From Thermosulfurimonas dismutans (GTDB taxonomy: Bacteria; Desulfobacterota; Thermodesulfobacteria; Thermodesulfobacteriales; Thermodesulfobacteriaceae), in the NCBI RefSeq assembly GCF_001652585.1, contig NZ_LWLG01000019.1, positions 8,101 to 40,100 on the forward strand: a stretch of 32,000 nt of DNA. The letters run 5' to 3'. Made by a program: the position numbers and the translations under genes. The stretch's first letter is position 1; each line of letters begins with the position of its first letter. Under the pieces are notes generated by a model. That model saw only the letters and a program-made list of their open reading frames with translations, was not told the origin of the DNA and made no database searches. Below are positions 27,554 through 32,000 of this stretch, piece after piece.

Positions 27554-27908
27554 GAAAAGAAGTTTAAAGCTTTACCTTGAAGATATTCTTGAAGAGATCC
27601 AACGAATTAAAAGATTTACCGAAGGAGTTGTCAACTATGAAGATTTTAAGAATAATGAGCTGTTATTGTACGCCGTTTTGAAATCTCTGGAAAATATTGG
27701 AGAAGCAGTTAAAAATATCCCCGAAGACAAAAGAAAGTTGTACCCTTTACCCTGGAGAGAAATAGCCGGAATGAGAGATATACTTATTCATGAATATTTT
27801 GGAATCAACACCAAAATTGTCTGGGATATTATAAAAACTGAATTGCCGGAACTTGAAAAGGCCATTGTTTTCTTGATTGAAAAGGTCGGAAATGTACCGC
27901 AAGCTTGA
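27546..27908 (+). CDS. hepT: HEPN-domain toxin (DUF86/HepT)
   Basis: 120 aa with the Rx4HxY motif in [11 protein letters not shown]. It overlaps mntA by 8 nt. Its last codons (NVPQA*) lie inside the hsdR 5' end. Confidence 0.85.
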   Translation: MSKKRSLKLYLEDILEEIQRIKRFTEGVVNYEDFKNNELLLYAVLKSLENIGEAVKNIPEDKRKLYPLPWREIAGMRDILIHEYFGINTKIVWDIIKTELPELEKAIVFLIEKVGNVPQA

Positions 27909-27990
27909 CGAGGAACACTATGTAGAAAACCCCTTCCTTGCCCAACTTCAAAAGCTCGGCTGGAAGATTTACAGGCAGAACAAAGATAAT
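27890..27990 (+). repeat. copy B of the hsdR 5'-end direct repeat (the functional hsdR start)
   Basis: See the copy A entry at 27026-27126. Confidence 0.85.
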
Positions 27991-30900
27991 CCTGAAGAGG
28001 TCAGAGAAATCCTCTCCTTCAACCCCTCTTTTGAGCCCGTTTATGGTGGCTACGAAAAATTCAGAGAAAGTTTTAGAGAAGTAATCCTTGAGTATGTTCT
28101 GAAAGACTCGATAAAGAGAATAAACCCTTGGATCGAAGAAGACCAGATTAACGAGGTCGTAAGAAGAATCACCACGCCTACCGCAAACTCTCTCCTTGAG
28201 GCCAATAGAGAAATTCACGATCTTCTTTTAGAAAACACTTCGGTTTCTGAAAACAGAAAGACCGGAGAAAGAAGCCCCACCGTAAGATTTATTGACTTCG
28301 AGAACCCGGAAAACAATTCTTTTATAGCCATCTCGCAATTCAAGGTGAACATCCCCGGAACAGAGAAGCACATTATTCCGGACATCGTTCTTTTTGTAAA
28401 TGGCTTGCCTTTGGTAGTTGTGGAATGCAAATCTCCCGCTATAGCCGACCCGATGACAGAGGCCATTACCCAGCTCATGCGATACAGCAATCGGCGAGGC
28501 GAGAAGGAGGGGAACGAAAAGCTCTTCTGGTACAATCTCTTCATGGTGGCTACCTCCAAGCAGGTAGCCAAGTACGGCTCCATCACCGCGGGATACGAGC
28601 ACTTTGTGGAGTGGAAAGCCCCCTATCCCTTCAGTTTGTCAGATATAGACGAAAACAAGACCTCGATCACAAGTCAACAGGTTCTAATTCAGGGAATGCT
28701 CTCCAAAAATAACCTGCTGGATATTCTCCACACCTTCACCCTTTTCAAAGAGGATTCAAAAGGCGGAACCATAAAGGTCGTTCCGAGGTATCAACAGTTT
28801 AGAGCAGTTAAGAAGATCATAAAAAGGATAAAACAAGGCCAAACTCCGGCCGAAAGGGGAGGAATTGTCTGGCACACCCAGGGTTCAGGAAAATCTCTTA
28901 CCATGATGTTCACTGTAAGAGCAATGTATCACGATCCTGAACTTGCAAACTTCAAAGTAGTTTTTGTCACCGACAGAAGAGATCTGGAAAAGCAACTGAG
29001 AGAGACCTCAAAAAGTGTTGGCTACACGGTAAAGCTCGCCCATAACATAGAAAAACTCAAAGAATTGCTAAGAACGAACACACCTGATCTGGTTATGGGA
29101 ATGATCCATAAGTTTCAGGAAAGGGAACTTAAAAGAAAGTTTCCCGTGCTCAATGAATCTCCCGACATTCTAATAATGATTGATGAGGCTCACAGGACGC
29201 AGTACAAACTTTTGGGAGCCAACTTAAGAAAAGCCTTACCCAACGCCACCAAGATTGCTTTCACAGGCACGCCCATTGAAAAGACCGAAAAAACTTTCGG
29301 AGACTACATAGATAAGTACAGCATAAGGCAGGCGGTTGAGGATGGGGTAACCGTTGAAATTGTTTATGAAGGAAGGGTTCACAGTGCGGAACTTTCGGAT
29401 GAAGAGGCGGTGAATGCAAAGTTTGAAGACGTTTTCTCCATGCTTGACGCCGAGCAGAAGTCAAGGATCATGGGGAGATACACGTGGAGGGCTTATCTTG
29501 AGGACGAGAACGTCATCAGAGATAAAGCCAAAGATATGATTGACCATTATGTGAAACACGTTTTTCCTAACCGTTTCAAGGCTCAGGTGGTTGCGGTTTC
29601 AAGACTTGCGGCCATAAGGTACAAAAAAGCCCTGGAAGAGGCCTTGAAGGAGAAAATTGAAGAGCATGAAAGGGAAGGCTACCCGGATGAAGGTTTGAAA
29701 CTGCTCAAAAGATTAGAAGTGGCCACGGTTATATCTGCGGCGGCGAATGACCCTCCAGAGTATCGCCCCTACACTGACCCCAAAGAACATGAGAGGGTTA
29801 TTAAAAGCTTTAAACTTCCTTTTGACCAAACTGACGATAGCGGCCTTGAAGGAAATGTAGGCATTATTGTAGTAAATAATATGCTTATAACCGGTTTTGA
29901 TGCCCCACTGGAACAGGTAATGTATCTTGATAATGTAATAAAAGAACACAATTTGCTACAAGCAATTGCCAGAGTCAATAGAGTTTACCAGGGCAAAAGT
30001 TGTGGCTTTGTCGTTGATTACGTAGGGGTGCTTAAGCATCTTAGAGAAGCGCTAGCTATTTATGCGGATGAAGATATCGATGAAATAAGTCAAGTAGTTG
30101 TTAATAAAGCGAAAAGCGTTGATGAATTAAAATTCTGGCATACCCATCTTGACAGCTTCTTTGAAAAATTTGGTGTTGAGAACTGGAGAGAAAATATTGA
30201 CGAATGCATAGATATTCTTGTTGATGAAGAAGTTAGAGATGAATTTATAACTCTCGTCAGAAAATTTAATAATGCCGTAGATAAAGTGCTCCCGGATCCA
30301 GAAGCTCTAAAATATGTTACAGATTTGAAAATCATAAATTTCATTAAAGAATCCGCTAGAAATAGATATAGAGATGACAAGCTCAGTATAAGAGATGCAA
30401 GTAAAAAAATAAGAGAAATTGTCGAAGAATATCTTATTTCGAAGGGGGTTGACCCAAAGATTCCTCCTACTCCACTCTTTTCTGAGAGCTTTATACAAAA
30501 AGTTAAAAAGAAAAAATCGCCCAAAGCGAGAGCAGAGGAACTCAAGTATGCAATTATAGAACACATAGAGAAACACTATGAAGAAGATCCTGAATTTTAC
30601 GAAAGATTTTCAGATAGATTGAAAAGGATACTTGAGGAATACAAGGAGAATTGGGAATTGCTTGCTGTTGAGTTAGAAAAGCTTAGAAACGAGATGAAAA
30701 AGGGTAGAGAGGCAGAAGAAACATTTGGTTTTGATCCCAAGAAAGAAATGCCATTTTTTGGGTTACTCAAGCAGGAGATATATGGGAAAGATCCCATTGA
30801 AAAACTTGGAAAAGATGACATCGATTTACTTGTGAGTTTAACAAAAGATGTTGTTGAAATCATCAAAAAAGAGATTCAATATGTTGATTTTTGGGATAAT

Positions 30901-31107
30901 TACACCAAGCAAAAAAGATTGAAGGCCTACCTCATTTCTCATTTCCTGGGGGCTATCCAGCCAAACAAACCTTCCAAAACCCATGTTTTTAAGGTGAAGG
31001 AGGAACCGGCACCATATCTTACCACCCATAAGGGTCTACTGTTCAGAAAAAGGAACGAAATAGCTCAAAAATTGCTGGAACTCGCATATCATGTTTATGC
31101 GGGATGA
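27892..31107 (+). CDS. hsdR: type I restriction-modification system endonuclease/translocase subunit HsdR
   Basis: I prefer the ATG at 27892, since the track start at 27877 is a TTG. It has a PD-(D/E)xK nuclease motif ([18 protein letters not shown]), helicase motif I ([11 protein letters not shown]) and a DEAH box (MIDEAHRTQ). It also has later SF2 motifs ([19 protein letters not shown]) and a helical C-terminal domain. Confidence 0.92.
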   Translation: MYRKLDEEHYVENPFLAQLQKLGWKIYRQNKDNPEEVREILSFNPSFEPVYGGYEKFRESFREVILEYVLKDSIKRINPWIEEDQINEVVRRITTPTANSLLEANREIHDLLLENTSVSENRKTGERSPTVRFIDFENPENNSFIAISQFKVNIPGTEKHIIPDIVLFVNGLPLVVVECKSPAIADPMTEAITQLMRYSNRRGEKEGNEKLFWYNLFMVATSKQVAKYGSITAGYEHFVEWKAPYPFSLSDIDENKTSITSQQVLIQGMLSKNNLLDILHTFTLFKEDSKGGTIKVVPRYQQFRAVKKIIKRIKQGQTPAERGGIVWHTQGSGKSLTMMFTVRAMYHDPELANFKVVFVTDRRDLEKQLRETSKSVGYTVKLAHNIEKLKELLRTNTPDLVMGMIHKFQERELKRKFPVLNESPDILIMIDEAHRTQYKLLGANLRKALPNATKIAFTGTPIEKTEKTFGDYIDKYSIRQAVEDGVTVEIVYEGRVHSAELSDEEAVNAKFEDVFSMLDAEQKSRIMGRYTWRAYLEDENVIRDKAKDMIDHYVKHVFPNRFKAQVVAVSRLAAIRYKKALEEALKEKIEEHEREGYPDEGLKLLKRLEVATVISAAANDPPEYRPYTDPKEHERVIKSFKLPFDQTDDSGLEGNVGIIVVNNMLITGFDAPLEQVMYLDNVIKEHNLLQAIARVNRVYQGKSCGFVVDYVGVLKHLREALAIYADEDIDEISQVVVNKAKSVDELKFWHTHLDSFFEKFGVENWRENIDECIDILVDEEVRDEFITLVRKFNNAVDKVLPDPEALKYVTDLKIINFIKESARNRYRDDKLSIRDASKKIREIVEEYLISKGVDPKIPPTPLFSESFIQKVKKKKSPKARAEELKYAIIEHIEKHYEEDPEFYERFSDRLKRILEEYKENWELLAVELEKLRNEMKKGREAEETFGFDPKKEMPFFGLLKQEIYGKDPIEKLGKDDIDLLVSLTKDVVEIIKKEIQYVDFWDNYTKQKRLKAYLISHFLGAIQPNKPSKTHVFKVKEEPAPYLTTHKGLLFRKRNEIAQKLLELAYHVYAG

Positions 31108-31111
31108 TGAT

Positions 31112-31789
31112 ATGGAAACAGGAATCAAGATCGAAAAGATAATAAGATCAAGGAGGAAGACCGTCGCCCTCCAGATAACCGATGACGCAACTTTGATCGT
31201 TAGGGCGCCATTTGAAGTAAACGAACAAACCATAAAAAATATTGTGACCAGGCACCTAAATTGGATAAGGAAAAAGAGAGATGAGATTCTTTCGAGAGAT
31301 CCCAAGTTTGTTAAAAAGGAGTTTGTAAACGGGGAAGGCTTTCTTTATCTTGGCAAATATTACAGATTAACCATCGTTGACGGACAGAGTGAACCATTAG
31401 TGTTCAAAAACGGTTTCTTTCTTTCGAGAGCCTATCTACCAATCGCAAGAGAGGTTTTTGTTAATTGGTACAGAGAAAAGGCTTATGAAAAGATTGTAGA
31501 AAGGGTCGAATGGTACGCCAAAAAGAGAGGGTTCAGATACAATAGGATTAACATCACAAATGCACAAAAAAGATGGGGTTCTTGCTCGCCTAAAGGAAAC
31601 TTAAATTTCTCCTGGCGACTGATTATGGCTCCGTTACCGGTCATAGATTATGTTGTGGTTCATGAGCTTGTCCATCTCGAAGAGAAGACTCATACAAAAT
31701 CGTTCTGGAATAAAGTGAAAATGCTTATGCCAGATTATGAGAAACATCAAAATTGGTTAAAGAATAATGGCTATCTTTTGAGGTTATAG
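31112..31789 (+). CDS. DUF45/YgjP-like (M48-related) zinc metallopeptidase
   Basis: It has HELVHLEEKTH (HExxH), an RRKTVALQI N-terminal strand and WGSCSPKGNLNFSWRL. The start is uncertain: 31112 gives METGIKIE..., and 31091 or 31097 are alternatives that overlap the hsdR end. Confidence 0.8.
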   Translation: METGIKIEKIIRSRRKTVALQITDDATLIVRAPFEVNEQTIKNIVTRHLNWIRKKRDEILSRDPKFVKKEFVNGEGFLYLGKYYRLTIVDGQSEPLVFKNGFFLSRAYLPIAREVFVNWYREKAYEKIVERVEWYAKKRGFRYNRINITNAQKRWGSCSPKGNLNFSWRLIMAPLPVIDYVVVHELVHLEEKTHTKSFWNKVKMLMPDYEKHQNWLKNNGYLLRL

Positions 31790-31795
31790 TAAAAA

Positions 31796-32000
31796 ATGAT
31801 TAGAGACTCGTACAGTGCCCCCTCCAGGACGGCACAGGGTATAATCCAGGGAGGAGGGGAAAATGAGTACACCAGAACTAGAAGTCAAGCGCTGGCAGCC
31901 AAAAGGGGGAAGAGTTTAAGTGCCCTTATCAGGGAACAGCTTGAAGCCCTGATTCAGGAAAAAATGAATTTGATATCAAGACATCAACTCCAAAAACTCC
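31796..32000 (+). CDS. open-ended ORF containing an RHH-antitoxin-like helix pair; possibly frameshifted
   Basis: The frame is open from ATG 31796 to the window edge and contains ALAAKRGKSLSALIREQLEALI, the pattern of RHH helix A/B. The only strong SD (GGAGGAGGGG) serves a different-frame ATG at 31863, which gives an 18-aa peptide (MSTPELEVKRWQPKGGRV*) ending at 31919. Confidence 0.25.
   Translation, partial: MIRDSYSAPSRTAQGIIQGGGENEYTRTRSQALAAKRGKSLSALIREQLEALIQEKMNLISRHQLQKL

Noticed and set aside
31806-31835. A possible attR copy of the tRNA-Pro 3' end near the right edge (shared octamer TGCCGTCC in inverted orientation).
   Set aside because: The match is only 8 nt and in the wrong orientation, so it is consistent with chance. 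No longer repeat of 17100-17125 is present in the window.

Overview
The window comes from a compact bacterial chromosome, probably a thermophile: the proteins are rich in K, E, I and R, and many genes share 4-nt start/stop overlaps. This taxon guess is inference only.

Positions 1-17,007 hold ordinary housekeeping genes. In order: the 3' part of rpsA, sppA, a single ORF fusing an IHF/HU-like domain to a Ppx/GppA phosphatase, guaB, a pilC-like gene, a cbpA-like J-protein, tatA-resB, a split RsmF-like m5C methyltransferase, a HAD hydrolase, yggU-divIVA-yggT, a MoCF-domain protein, phoH, a ClC channel, a flavin reductase, a TPR protein and a DUF1992 protein.

A tRNA-Pro(CGG) at 17,049-17,125 marks the switch to accessory content. 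This comprises a decayed dnaE-like fragment, rmuC, an RHH-PIN toxin-antitoxin pair, a short helicase-N-terminus-like ORF, and a mosaic type I restriction-modification locus of about 11.5 kb (hsdM 20,317; hsdS 24,020; hsdR 27,892; DUF45 peptidase 31,112).

The interior of the hsd locus carries four extra modules:
- A 54-aa wHTH ORF plus a 271-aa orphan protein with class III nucleotidyl-cyclase/palm-like motifs. This is my best candidate for an undescribed defence component.
- An OLD-family ATPase-TOPRIM nuclease.
- A fossil junction of an hsdR 5' stub fused to an hsdS 3' stub.
- An MNT/HepT pair.

Direct repeats of the hsdR 5' end and the hsdS 3' end bracket these cassettes and record how they were swapped in. 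I found no CRISPR array, rRNA, transposase or integrase. All functional calls rest on by-eye motif recognition, and no database search was possible.
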